Positions 19,261 to 28,032 of a stretch of 64,000 bases of DNA are shown piece after piece; position 1 is the stretch's first letter; each line of letters begins with the position of its first letter. The notes beneath the pieces were generated by a model. It had not been told where the DNA came from, made no database searches, and saw only the letters and a list, made by a program, of their open reading frames with translations. Position numbers and translations under genes: made by a program. The stretch comes from Vulcanimicrobiota bacterium. GTDB taxonomy: Bacteria > Vulcanimicrobiota > Xenobia > Xenobiales > JADMJV01. The stretch covers positions 411,720 through 475,719 of the forward strand of contig JBFWNU010000006.1 in assembly GCA_050250895.1 (NCBI GenBank), written 5' to 3'.

Positions 19261-20168
19261 TCACCTGCCTGGCCGGAGGGGTCGGCGGGGCGCGCCTGGC
19301 CGATGGTTTTCATCGAACCGACCAGCCGCTCTCGGTGGTAGTCAATACCGGAGACGATTTCGTACTCCACGGCCTGACCATCTGCCCCGACATCGACACC
19401 GTGCTCTACACCCTGGCGGGGCTGTCGGACCCTCAGCGAGGCTGGGGGTTGGCCGGCGACAGCGACCGCTGTATGCAGTTTCTTGACAAGCTGGGGGGAG
19501 AGACCTGGTTTCACCTGGGCGATCTGGATCTGGCCACCCATCTCTTTCGCACTCAGGCCCTTTCCACGGCGAATCTGACCGAGGTGACCCAAAGACTGGC
19601 CGACAGTCTGGGCGTTCGGGCCCACATCTTGCCGATGAGCGACCAGCCCGTCCGAACCCGCGTGCGCACCCAGGCTGGGTGGCTCGACTTTCAAGATTAC
19701 TTCGTGCGCCGGGCCCATCGCGACCAGGTTCTGGAATTGGCCTTTGCCGGGCTCGAAGAGGCCCGGCCGACCGAGGCCGTATTGCAGGCGATCGCCACCG
19801 CTGACAAGCTGGTGATCTGCCCGTCCAACCCGTTCTTGAGCGTGGAGCCGATCCTTTCGCTTCCCGGTGTGCGCCAGGCCTGGAGCACGGCTTCGGCGCC
19901 CAAGTTGGCGGTCAGTCCCATCCTGGGCGGTCAGGCCGTCAAAGGGCCGGCGGCCGAGATGCTGGCCAGCCTCGGCCATGCGGTCTCGAGTTTGGGTATC
20001 GCCCGCCTCTATGCCGGATTGGTCGATATCCTGGTCCTCGACGAGTGTGACCGTGAACTGGTGCCGGCGGTCGAAGCCCTGGGCCTGCGAGCGGTGGTTT
20101 GTCCAACCTTGATGAAGTCGCCGGCCGACCGCGAGCTTCTGGCCAACCACCTGTTGAGCATTCTTTAA
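19257..20168 (+). CDS. cofD: 2-phospho-L-lactate transferase (F420 biosynthesis)
   Basis: LAGGVGGARL, VNTGDD, ICPDIDTVLYTL, WFHLGDLD, PSNPFLS, KGPA. Confidence 0.95.
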   Translation: MITCLAGGVGGARLADGFHRTDQPLSVVVNTGDDFVLHGLTICPDIDTVLYTLAGLSDPQRGWGLAGDSDRCMQFLDKLGGETWFHLGDLDLATHLFRTQALSTANLTEVTQRLADSLGVRAHILPMSDQPVRTRVRTQAGWLDFQDYFVRRAHRDQVLELAFAGLEEARPTEAVLQAIATADKLVICPSNPFLSVEPILSLPGVRQAWSTASAPKLAVSPILGGQAVKGPAAEMLASLGHAVSSLGIARLYAGLVDILVLDECDRELVPAVEALGLRAVVCPTLMKSPADRELLANHLLSIL

Positions 20169-20234
20169 GCCGGCCGGGTTAGGTTAGGAGTCGGTCCGGC
20201 CTGCCTCTCTCCAACTTGATTTCTGGAGACTTCG

Positions 20235-20780
20235 ATGCTGATAATCAACGCACGCCCGACTGCCGTTCGGGCCAATTCCGCCCCCCAACCCGCCCCCGAA
20301 CAACCCCGGGAACGGCCCGATGTGGTGGACGCCTTCGCTCGCGGGGCCACCGGCGGTGGCAACCTGGCCAACTCGCTGATCGGGGCCTGGAACGGTGGAC
20401 TGGTCGGTCTGGTAGGCGGAGCCGCCGCGGGCGCCGGCAGTAGCGTATACGCGGCCGTGACCAACGCCTCGAGCTTGAACTGGGACACCGCCCTGAGCAC
20501 CCTGGGACGGGCCGGAGTGTGGGCTGGCGTCGGCGGTGTGGCCGGCGCCGTGGTGGGCGGCTATGTGCTCAACAAAGTGGGAGATTTCGCCGGCAATTTG
20601 TGTGCCGACATCTGCGCCAAGAACAATTTGCCGGCCGAGGTTGGGCGGGCGGTGGGAACGGTGGGCACGGGCGTCGCTGTGGGCGCGCTGGTGGGCCTGG
20701 GTGTGGCCGGCTACAGCGGAGCGACGGTCGCTCTGGTAGCCGGTGGCGTCGGTGGGGCCCTGGGCGCTTTGCGCCGCTAA
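20235..20780 (+). CDS. Glycine-zipper hypothetical protein with a disordered N-terminus
   Basis: Multiple GxxxGxxxG hydrophobic helices; GGAG SD. Confidence 0.75.
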   Translation: MLIINARPTAVRANSAPQPAPEQPRERPDVVDAFARGATGGGNLANSLIGAWNGGLVGLVGGAAAGAGSSVYAAVTNASSLNWDTALSTLGRAGVWAGVGGVAGAVVGGYVLNKVGDFAGNLCADICAKNNLPAEVGRAVGTVGTGVAVGALVGLGVAGYSGATVALVAGGVGGALGALRR

Positions 20781-21463
20781 AGCCACTTCACCAGAGCCTG
20801 GCGCAAGGCCGGGGCCAGCCGCTCCGGCCGGGTGGCCAGCCAGTGGCAGGGAAAGACATGCTCGAAAGGCAGGCCTGCGGCTCGCCGATAGGTGGCGGGC
20901 AGCAGCTCGGCCTCGCTATTGAAGAAGAACGGCGGCCGCGAGGCCTGGCCCAGATAGCAAGCGTACAGGTCTCCGGCCAGCAGCAGCCGATGCCGGCGGC
21001 TATAGAAGCCGCAGTGGCCCAGGGTGTGGCCCGGCAGGTGGATCACTTCCAGGCCACCCCAAAGGGGCAGCTCTTGTGCGTCTTTTAGCGGTTCATCGAT
21101 GGTGGCCGGTTGATAACCCTCCCACCACGCGGCCAGAGCCTCCACCCATCCACAGAGCCGGGACGAACCCCGATAAGGATAAACCTGGTCGATGTGAGCT
21201 TGCTCGGCCGGATGAGCGTAGACGGGCGCTCCATACCGCTGTTTTAGCCAGTAGACATTGCCGGCATGGTCGATGTGACCGTGGGTGAGCAGGATCGCCT
21301 CGAGTCGCCTGCCCTCGAGCCCGGCCTCTATTTCGGGCCGTTGACCGGCCAGCCCGGTGTCGATGAGCACTGCCCGGTCGCGGTCGAGGGCCAGGTAACC
21401 GCGAACCAGACCATGGCCGAAATAGGCCAGACGATAGTTTCCACTCTCGAAGACCGTCTTCAC
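20777..21463 (-). CDS. Metallo-beta-lactamase-fold hydrolase
   Basis: LIDTG, THGHIDHAG, PGHTLGH, AGD, PCH. Confidence 0.9.
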   Translation of the reverse strand: MKTVFESGNYRLAYFGHGLVRGYLALDRDRAVLIDTGLAGQRPEIEAGLEGRRLEAILLTHGHIDHAGNVYWLKQRYGAPVYAHPAEQAHIDQVYPYRGSSRLCGWVEALAAWWEGYQPATIDEPLKDAQELPLWGGLEVIHLPGHTLGHCGFYSRRHRLLLAGDLYACYLGQASRPPFFFNSEAELLPATYRRAAGLPFEHVFPCHWLATRPERLAPALRQALVKWL

Positions 21464-21499
21464 GCCTGGGGCTTCGCATCAAAGTTGGCTGGGTCATTC

Positions 21500-21516
21500 T
21501 TAACAAGTCGGCAACT
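21500..21516 (+). promoter_or_regulatory. Direct-repeat box nearly identical to 13589-13605
   Basis: TTAACAAGTCGGCAACT vs TTAACGAGTCGGCAACA (15/17). Confidence 0.5.
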
Positions 21517-21559
21517 CTCTGGACCTGACCGATAGCTTACACCCTTGTCTGGAGGGAAC

Positions 21560-21892
21560 ATGCAGATTTCTAACTTTACTCAGCCACGCCAGGCCGCCCG
21601 GCCGCTGGCCACGCCCACCCAGTCCGAGCCGCCGGCTCCCAAAGAGTCCTACATTCCCCACGTCGCCGCTGGCGTGGTCGGGGTCGGCACCGGCTATCTG
21701 GGCGCCCACGTCGGAGCAGCCGCCGGAATGCAGCTAGGCATTCTGCTCACCCGGCCCGAGAGCGGCCTGGGCGACCTGCTCACCAACATGGTGCGCGGAG
21801 CTCAAATCGGCCTGGTGGTAGGTGCCGTCGCCTTCGCCGTGGCCGGTGGAGCGCTGGCCTACATCGCCGCCGACGAGCTACTCAAGAATTAG
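21560..21892 (+). CDS. Small glycine-zipper hypothetical protein
   Basis: GGAGG SD; MQISNF... polar Pro-rich N-terminus, then two Gly-zipper helices. Confidence 0.75.
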   Translation: MQISNFTQPRQAARPLATPTQSEPPAPKESYIPHVAAGVVGVGTGYLGAHVGAAAGMQLGILLTRPESGLGDLLTNMVRGAQIGLVVGAVAFAVAGGALAYIAADELLKN

Positions 21893-21937
21893 CCGCTAGA
21901 GGGATTTCGCCGGGGCCAGGCAAACCGTTACGGCATC

Positions 21938-22516
21938 GTGACTGCAACTCCCAAGGTGGCGGCGATCGTGCCGCTCAATCGGCTCGACCGAGCCAAGACG
22001 CGGCTGGCCGAAGTGCCCCACCGGGTCGAACTGACCTTGAGCCTGGCCCGGGGGGTGTTGAGGGCCCTGGCCCACAGTTGCGTTGGCGAAGTGGCTCTGG
22101 TGAGTCCCCAGGCCGACCTGTCGTGTCTTGCCGACGAGGTCGGCTTTCACTTTCTTCTGCAGACCGACGACGGCCTCAATCAGGGCCTCGAGTTGGGCCG
22201 TCGGTGGGCGATCGAGAGCCAGGCCGACGCCTTGCTGGTGGTGCTTGCCGATTTGCCCCTTTTGACCGGGCCCGACCTCGACGCGATCGTGTCCGCGCTC
22301 GAGCAAACGCCGGTAGTGCTGGCCCCCGACCAGGACGAACTGGGCACCAACCTCATGGCCTTTCGACCCCTGGATCGAATCCGTTTTGAATATGGCCACG
22401 GTAGCTTTGCGCGCCACCTGGCCCAGGCCGGGGTCAATTATACCGTGGTGCGGCGCCCGGGCACTCGTCAAGACCTCGACACCCCCGCCCACCTGGAGAG
22501 CCTTTCTTGGGCCTGA
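21938..22516 (+). CDS. cofC: 2-phospho-L-lactate/PEP guanylyltransferase (F420 biosynthesis)
   Basis: AKTRLA, GLNQGL, ADLPLL, APD...GTN, YGHGSF..H, DLDTP. Confidence 0.9.
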   Translation: MTATPKVAAIVPLNRLDRAKTRLAEVPHRVELTLSLARGVLRALAHSCVGEVALVSPQADLSCLADEVGFHFLLQTDDGLNQGLELGRRWAIESQADALLVVLADLPLLTGPDLDAIVSALEQTPVVLAPDQDELGTNLMAFRPLDRIRFEYGHGSFARHLAQAGVNYTVVRRPGTRQDLDTPAHLESLSWA

Positions 22517-23244
22517 GCGTCTTGCCCCTACGCGGGTTTCCTGAGGTGCGACCCGGCGATGATCTGGTCCACCTGCTGCTGGGCTCTGGCTTTGACTATC
22601 AGCCCGACGATGTCGCGGTGGTCACCCAAAAGATCGTCAGCAAGGCCGAGGGTCGGCTGGTGCGCCTCGACACGGTAACACCGCGGCCCGAGGCGATCGA
22701 GTTTGCCACCCGTTATGATAAAGACCCACGTCAGGTCGAACTGGTCCTGGCCGAGAGCCTCGAGGTGCTCCGCATGGAGCGGGGGATCATCATCTCGCGC
22801 ACCCGCCAGGGTTATGTCTGCGCCAACGCAGGCCTGGACATGTCCAACTGTGACGGTGGCGACACCGCCTGTCTTTTGCCTCTGGACTGCGATGCCTCGG
22901 CCCGGGCTTTGCAGTCCGGACTGAGCCAGGGGCTGGGCTTTGAGGTGGGCGTGATTATCTCCGACTCTTTTGGCCGTCCATGGCGCAACGGCATCGTCAA
23001 TGTAGCCCTGGGGGTGGCCGGCATGGCCGCTTGCCGCGACTACCGAGGGCTGACCGATCCTGCGGGGCTGGAGCTAAAAGCCAGCATCATGGCCACCGCC
23101 GACATGCTGGCTTCGGCGGCCGAACTGGTCATGGGGAAGACCGACGCCGTGCCCGTGGCCATCGTGCGCGGGATGGGTCCCCTTGGCTCGTCTGGGAGCG
23201 GCGCGGAACTGGTGCGTCCTCGCCACGAGTTTCTTTTCGACTAA
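22507..23244 (+). CDS. cofE: Coenzyme F420-0:L-glutamate ligase (single-domain)
   Basis: PEVRPGDDL, TQKIVSKAEGR, CANAGLDMSN, SDSFGRPWR. Confidence 0.95.
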   Translation: MGLSVLPLRGFPEVRPGDDLVHLLLGSGFDYQPDDVAVVTQKIVSKAEGRLVRLDTVTPRPEAIEFATRYDKDPRQVELVLAESLEVLRMERGIIISRTRQGYVCANAGLDMSNCDGGDTACLLPLDCDASARALQSGLSQGLGFEVGVIISDSFGRPWRNGIVNVALGVAGMAACRDYRGLTDPAGLELKASIMATADMLASAAELVMGKTDAVPVAIVRGMGPLGSSGSGAELVRPRHEFLFD

Positions 23245-24152
23245 TGAAACTCGAGCTAGCCAAAACCTTTCCTTTCGCGCACGTGTTGCGGGGGCACCGT
23301 TTTGGTCCCGGGGATCCCAGCACCCTCTGTCGCGACGACCTTTTCGAGAAGGCTGTTTGGACCCCGGAAGGAGCTGGATTGCTGCGCCTTTCCTTTGAGG
23401 ACGGTCTGGTTCGGGCTCAAGCCCATGGTCCGGGCCGCGACTGGCTGTTGCCCTGGGTGCCAGCGATTTTGGGCGGCCAGGATGAGCCGGGCGACTTTCA
23501 TCCCGGACCGTTGGCTGATCGCTATCGGCCCTGGCGTGAGTTTCGCCTGAGTCGGGCCCCCTGGCTTTCGGCCACTTTGGTCAAGGTGGTGCTGCAGCAG
23601 CGCGTCTCATGGCGCGACGCCTCTCGCGCCTTCGCCGGACTGGTGCGTCGCCACGGGGGGCCAGCCCCGGGCAGTTCACGCGTGCTGTTGCCTCCGTCAT
23701 TTCGCACAATCCACCGACTGGGTGCGGCCGAATTTGCAGCGGTTGGGGTCGAGAACAAGCGGGCTGCCACCCTGCGTGAAGTGGGCTTCAGGGCGAGCCG
23801 GCTGGACCGTTTGGACGGGGCGCAGGCAGTGGCTGCAGCCCTGGACGCCATCCCCGGCGTGGGGGTGTGGACGCGAGAAAATACCCTCGGCTTTGCTCTG
23901 GGATGTACCGATGTGGTTCCGCTGGGAGACTACGACCTACCCAACTCGGTGGCTTTTGCTCTAGCTGGCGAGGCCCGCGCCGACGACCAACGGATGCTGG
24001 AATTGTTAGAACCGTATCGCGGTCATCGATTTCGGATTTTGCGCCTGCTAATGTTGGCTGGGATCACGGCTCCGCGCCGTGGGCCCCGGATGGCCCCGAG
24101 CCAGGCCCTGGGACAGGAAGGCAGCCGCCCAAGACGAACGTCCTCCAGGTGA
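23244..24152 (+). CDS. AlkA-like HhH-GPD DNA glycosylase
   Basis: VLQQRVS, LDAIPGVGVWT (HhH), PLGDYDL. Confidence 0.85.
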   Translation: MKLELAKTFPFAHVLRGHRFGPGDPSTLCRDDLFEKAVWTPEGAGLLRLSFEDGLVRAQAHGPGRDWLLPWVPAILGGQDEPGDFHPGPLADRYRPWREFRLSRAPWLSATLVKVVLQQRVSWRDASRAFAGLVRRHGGPAPGSSRVLLPPSFRTIHRLGAAEFAAVGVENKRAATLREVGFRASRLDRLDGAQAVAAALDAIPGVGVWTRENTLGFALGCTDVVPLGDYDLPNSVAFALAGEARADDQRMLELLEPYRGHRFRILRLLMLAGITAPRRGPRMAPSQALGQEGSRPRRTSSR

Positions 24153-25090
24153 CGGGCAAAAGAACCAGAGGGATCACCCCCTCGCGGGCACGCGAGCGGT
24201 TGGCCGAACTCGAAGAGAGTATTCGGGCCCGCCAGGCTCGCCTCGAGCAGGTCGAAGCCCGTCTTTCCAAGCTGCCTGAGCCCGATCCCAAGCTGGTCGA
24301 TTTTCAAGACAAGCTCGAGCGCAAGCAGAGGATCGAGAAGTCTCAAGTGGCCAAGCTTCAAGCGCTCTTGGCCACTCGCGTTCGCCAAGAGTCCCAGGAA
24401 GGCTACCGCTCGTCGGAAGAGGGGTTTCCTTCCGAAGAGATGATCGAGTTGCGCAAGAGCTATGAAGACTTGCGCAAAGGCTTGTCAGATATTCGCGAAC
24501 AAGTCGAGAAGGCCGAGCGGCCGCGCGATCTGATCTCGCGCCTGGATCTATTCGAAGAGCGCCTGGAACGGCGCGAAACGGCCTCCAAGAACATCTATGA
24601 AGAAGTGGTTGGCTTGCAGGCGGCCCTGGACCAGGAGCGGCAGTGGGTGCGCCGGCTCTCACGCAACCAGACCGACCAGGACGAGCGTTTCGAGACCTTG
24701 CGTGAGGCGGTCGAAGAGAGCGTGTTGGCGGCCATGGACCTGGCCCAGAAAGTCGACGAGATGGAAGAGCGCCCCCTGGGGCCCCAGGCACGCAAACTGG
24801 CCGGTCTGTCGCGCAAGACCATGGTTCGCCTCGACGAGATCGAAGAACAACTGCAAATGCTCTCGGTGCAGATGTCACAAGAACTGTCTTCCTTCGAACA
24901 GAACTGGTCTAGCCGCGAATCGGTGCCAGAATTCGAGCAATTGCTCTCCCGCCTGGGGCGGCTCGAGTCACGGCTCGAAGAGTTGAGCCGTCGTGGCGTC
25001 GGCGCGTCCGAAGATCTCTTTGTCTATGACTCCCCGGCCCCAAGGCTCGATTTCGAGCTGTTCGAAGAAGGCCTCGAAGTAACCAGCTAA
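24149..25090 (+). CDS. Coiled-coil hypothetical protein
   Basis: GTGA overlap with the upstream gene; long E/R/L heptad pattern. Confidence 0.7.
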   Translation: MTGKRTRGITPSRARERLAELEESIRARQARLEQVEARLSKLPEPDPKLVDFQDKLERKQRIEKSQVAKLQALLATRVRQESQEGYRSSEEGFPSEEMIELRKSYEDLRKGLSDIREQVEKAERPRDLISRLDLFEERLERRETASKNIYEEVVGLQAALDQERQWVRRLSRNQTDQDERFETLREAVEESVLAAMDLAQKVDEMEERPLGPQARKLAGLSRKTMVRLDEIEEQLQMLSVQMSQELSSFEQNWSSRESVPEFEQLLSRLGRLESRLEELSRRGVGASEDLFVYDSPAPRLDFELFEEGLEVTS

Positions 25091-25129
25091 CCGCCAGGAG
25101 TCGGGCCTTCGTCGTGGAAGCGTGGGCTC

Positions 25130-27973
25130 ATGAAGGCCGTCGTTATGGGCGGAGGCCAGGGCTCGAGGCTACGCCCCCTGACCTGCAACCTACCCAAGCC
25201 CCTGGTCCCCGTTTGCAACAAGCCGGTGATGGAATACACCGTGGAGCTACTCAAGCGCCATGGGGCCACCACTCTGCTGGTGACCCTGCACTATCTGGCC
25301 GACGAGATCATGTCCTATTTCGGCTACGGCAGCGACTGGGGCCTGAAGATGCTCTACTCCATCGAGGACGAACCGATGGGCACGGCCGGCAGCGTCAAGA
25401 AAGTCGAAGAGTCCCTCGACGACGCCTTCCTGGTGATCAGCGGTGATGCTCTCACCGACTTCGACCTTTCGGCCGCCGTCAAGTTCCATCGCCAACGGAA
25501 ATCGGCCGCCACCATCGTGCTCACCAGGGTCGACAACCCACTCGAATTCGGTATGGTCATCACCGACGACGACGCGCGGGTGGTGCGCTTTCTCGAGAAG
25601 CCCAGTTGGGGAGAAGTCTTCTCGGACACCATCAACACTGGTATCTACGTGCTCGACCCCAGCATTCTCAAGCTGTTAGAACCGGGTCAACCCTACGACT
25701 TCTCCAAAGATCTGTTTCCCATGATGCTCGAGAAAGAGTTGCCCATCTTCGGCTTCGTGGCCGAGGGCTACTGGTGTGACATCGGTAGTCTCGACCAGTA
25801 TCAGAAGGCCAATCGCGATGTGCTGATGGGGCGGGTGAAACACCGACCGCCCGGCGAGATGATCCGCGAGGGCGTATGGGTGGGCAAGGGCACTCGCATC
25901 CACCCCGGAGCCAGTCTCGAGACGCCGGTAGTGATCGGCCGCAACTGCCGCATCCGCGAGAACGCCAGGGTGCTCGAAGGCACCGTGGTGGGCGACAACT
26001 GCATCGTGGAAGAGGGCGCTTCGCTACACCGCGATGTGCTCTGGGACAACACCTTCATCGGCCGCAAAGTGCGCTGTCAGGGCACCACTCTGTGCCGGCG
26101 CGTGACCCTCAAGAACAACGTGACGGTGGGGGAGGGCGCCGTCCTCGGTGACAAGGTCTTCGTCGGTGAGGGGGCCTTGCTGCAGCCTCAGGTAAAGATC
26201 TGGCCAGACAAGAATATCGAACCTGGAGCCACCGTTTCTCTCAGTTTGATCTGGGGCAACAAGTGGCCCGGCTCGCTCTTTGACGAGGGTGGTATTACCG
26301 GCCTGGGTAATATCGAGATCACTTCCGAATTCGCTCTCAAGCTGGGGGCGGCCTATGGGGCCACCCTGGAAAAGGGTAGCGTGGTGATCGTCTCGCGCGA
26401 CTCGCATCCGTGTTCGCGCCTGACCCAGCGCTCGCTGATCTGCGGGCTGGTTTCGGTGGGGATCAACGTGCGCGATTTGCGGGTGACTCCCAGCCCCATC
26501 AGCCGCTCGACCTTGATGAATACCGCGGCGGTGGGAGGCATTCATACCCGCGTGGCCCGCGACGACATTCGCTCGGTCCATCTCGACTTCTTCGACCACC
26601 GCGGCATCAGTATCGGCAAAGTCACCCAGCGCAAGATCGAGAACAACTTCTTCCGCGAAGAGTTTCGCCGCACCACCATGGACGAAGTAGGCGTCATCGA
26701 CTTCCCCTCGCGTTCCCTCGAGCAATTCCTCGAGCATTTCTCGGCCCATCTCGCCATCGACCTGGTGCGGCAGGCGGGCTTCAAAGTGGTCATCGACTAC
26801 AACTTCGGCAACGCCTCGGTGGCCCTATCTTCGATCCTGGGCAAGTTGGGTTGCGAAACGGTCAGCCTGAATGCCCACCTCGAACCCATCAAAGCTCGCG
26901 AGCAACTGTTGTCGCGGGGACGTTCTCTCCAGCAGCTGTCCGACATCGTGACCACCCTCAAAGCCGATCTTGGAGTGTTGATGGATGTCGATGCCGAGCG
27001 TATGAGTGTGGTCGACGAACAAGGTCAGATCGTAGAGGGGGCCCGTCTGCTTACCCTGATGGCCCTGCTGCTGTTTCGCCAGAACAAGAGCGCTCTGGTG
27101 GCCGTGCCGGTGACGGCCCCCAGCGTGCTCGAGAAATTGGCCGGCGACCATGGCGGCAAGCTGATCTGGACCAGCACCGACACTCGCTCTTTGACTCACA
27201 CTGCCAACCTTGGTCGGGAACGTATCGCCATGGCCGGAAGCCCCAACGGCTCGTTGGTGTTTCCCAAGTTCAGTCCGGGCTTTGACGCTATGTATGCTTT
27301 CGCGCGACTGCTCGAGATGATGGCCACCGAGAAGCTACCACTCTCCGAGATGGTGTCCTGGATTCCCACCTTTCATCTTCATCACCAGTCCATCGCCTGT
27401 GGCTACCAGGAGAAGGGCCGGGTGATGCGCCGCCTGATCGAAGAGTCGCGCCAGTTGCCGACTCAGATGATCGATGGCCTGAAGGTCTTTTTGCCTTCCG
27501 GGTGGGTGCTGGTGGTGCCGGCCCAAAACAAACCCTCTCTCCACCTCTGGACCGAGGGCAAGACGCCCGAAGAGGCTACCGAGCTGGCTCGCCAATACTC
27601 CGAGAAGATCGAGAATCTGCGTGATGTGGCCCAACCCGTTCGCACGACGAAAACCAACTCCGCCGGCCGCGTCGAGAAGGGCGATCCCCTGCCGGAGGAT
27701 CGAGCCTTCCACTTCTGGACCCCCGGCCGCTATCTAGGCGTGCGGGCCCGCACCTATAGCGAGTTTCTCGACACCCTGCACTATATCGAGCCCGCCTCGC
27801 TCAGTTACCACTTTCAGCGCGGCGACTTCAGCAACTGGGTTGAATACGAGCTCAAAGACGGCTGGCTGGCCGAGCAAATTCGCCAGCTCAAGGCCGACAC
27901 CCAGAGCGGTGAGGACCTGCGCAACGAGTTGTTGACCATCTTCAGCCACACTCCGCGCCGCGGCAACAGTTAA
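25130..27973 (+). CDS. Mannose-1-phosphate guanylyltransferase-like NTP transferase + LbH + phosphohexomutase-like domain + DUF5752-like tail
   Basis: GGGQGSRLRPLT..PKP, GTAG, FLEKP, YWCDIG; hexapeptide repeats; PGM/PMM fold; C-terminal AFHF...HFQRGDFSNW. Confidence 0.9.
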   Translation: MKAVVMGGGQGSRLRPLTCNLPKPLVPVCNKPVMEYTVELLKRHGATTLLVTLHYLADEIMSYFGYGSDWGLKMLYSIEDEPMGTAGSVKKVEESLDDAFLVISGDALTDFDLSAAVKFHRQRKSAATIVLTRVDNPLEFGMVITDDDARVVRFLEKPSWGEVFSDTINTGIYVLDPSILKLLEPGQPYDFSKDLFPMMLEKELPIFGFVAEGYWCDIGSLDQYQKANRDVLMGRVKHRPPGEMIREGVWVGKGTRIHPGASLETPVVIGRNCRIRENARVLEGTVVGDNCIVEEGASLHRDVLWDNTFIGRKVRCQGTTLCRRVTLKNNVTVGEGAVLGDKVFVGEGALLQPQVKIWPDKNIEPGATVSLSLIWGNKWPGSLFDEGGITGLGNIEITSEFALKLGAAYGATLEKGSVVIVSRDSHPCSRLTQRSLICGLVSVGINVRDLRVTPSPISRSTLMNTAAVGGIHTRVARDDIRSVHLDFFDHRGISIGKVTQRKIENNFFREEFRRTTMDEVGVIDFPSRSLEQFLEHFSAHLAIDLVRQAGFKVVIDYNFGNASVALSSILGKLGCETVSLNAHLEPIKAREQLLSRGRSLQQLSDIVTTLKADLGVLMDVDAERMSVVDEQGQIVEGARLLTLMALLLFRQNKSALVAVPVTAPSVLEKLAGDHGGKLIWTSTDTRSLTHTANLGRERIAMAGSPNGSLVFPKFSPGFDAMYAFARLLEMMATEKLPLSEMVSWIPTFHLHHQSIACGYQEKGRVMRRLIEESRQLPTQMIDGLKVFLPSGWVLVVPAQNKPSLHLWTEGKTPEEATELARQYSEKIENLRDVAQPVRTTKTNSAGRVEKGDPLPEDRAFHFWTPGRYLGVRARTYSEFLDTLHYIEPASLSYHFQRGDFSNWVEYELKDGWLAEQIRQLKADTQSGEDLRNELLTIFSHTPRRGNS

Positions 27974-28032
27974 CAAACCTTTCACCCCTTTGGTCTCGCC
28001 AGGCCGTACAAGTAGGCCAGGAGGATGTATCC

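Noticed and set aside
21528-21536. Sigma28-like -10 (CCGATA) here and near 42995
   Set aside because: No TAAA -35 element at the proper spacing
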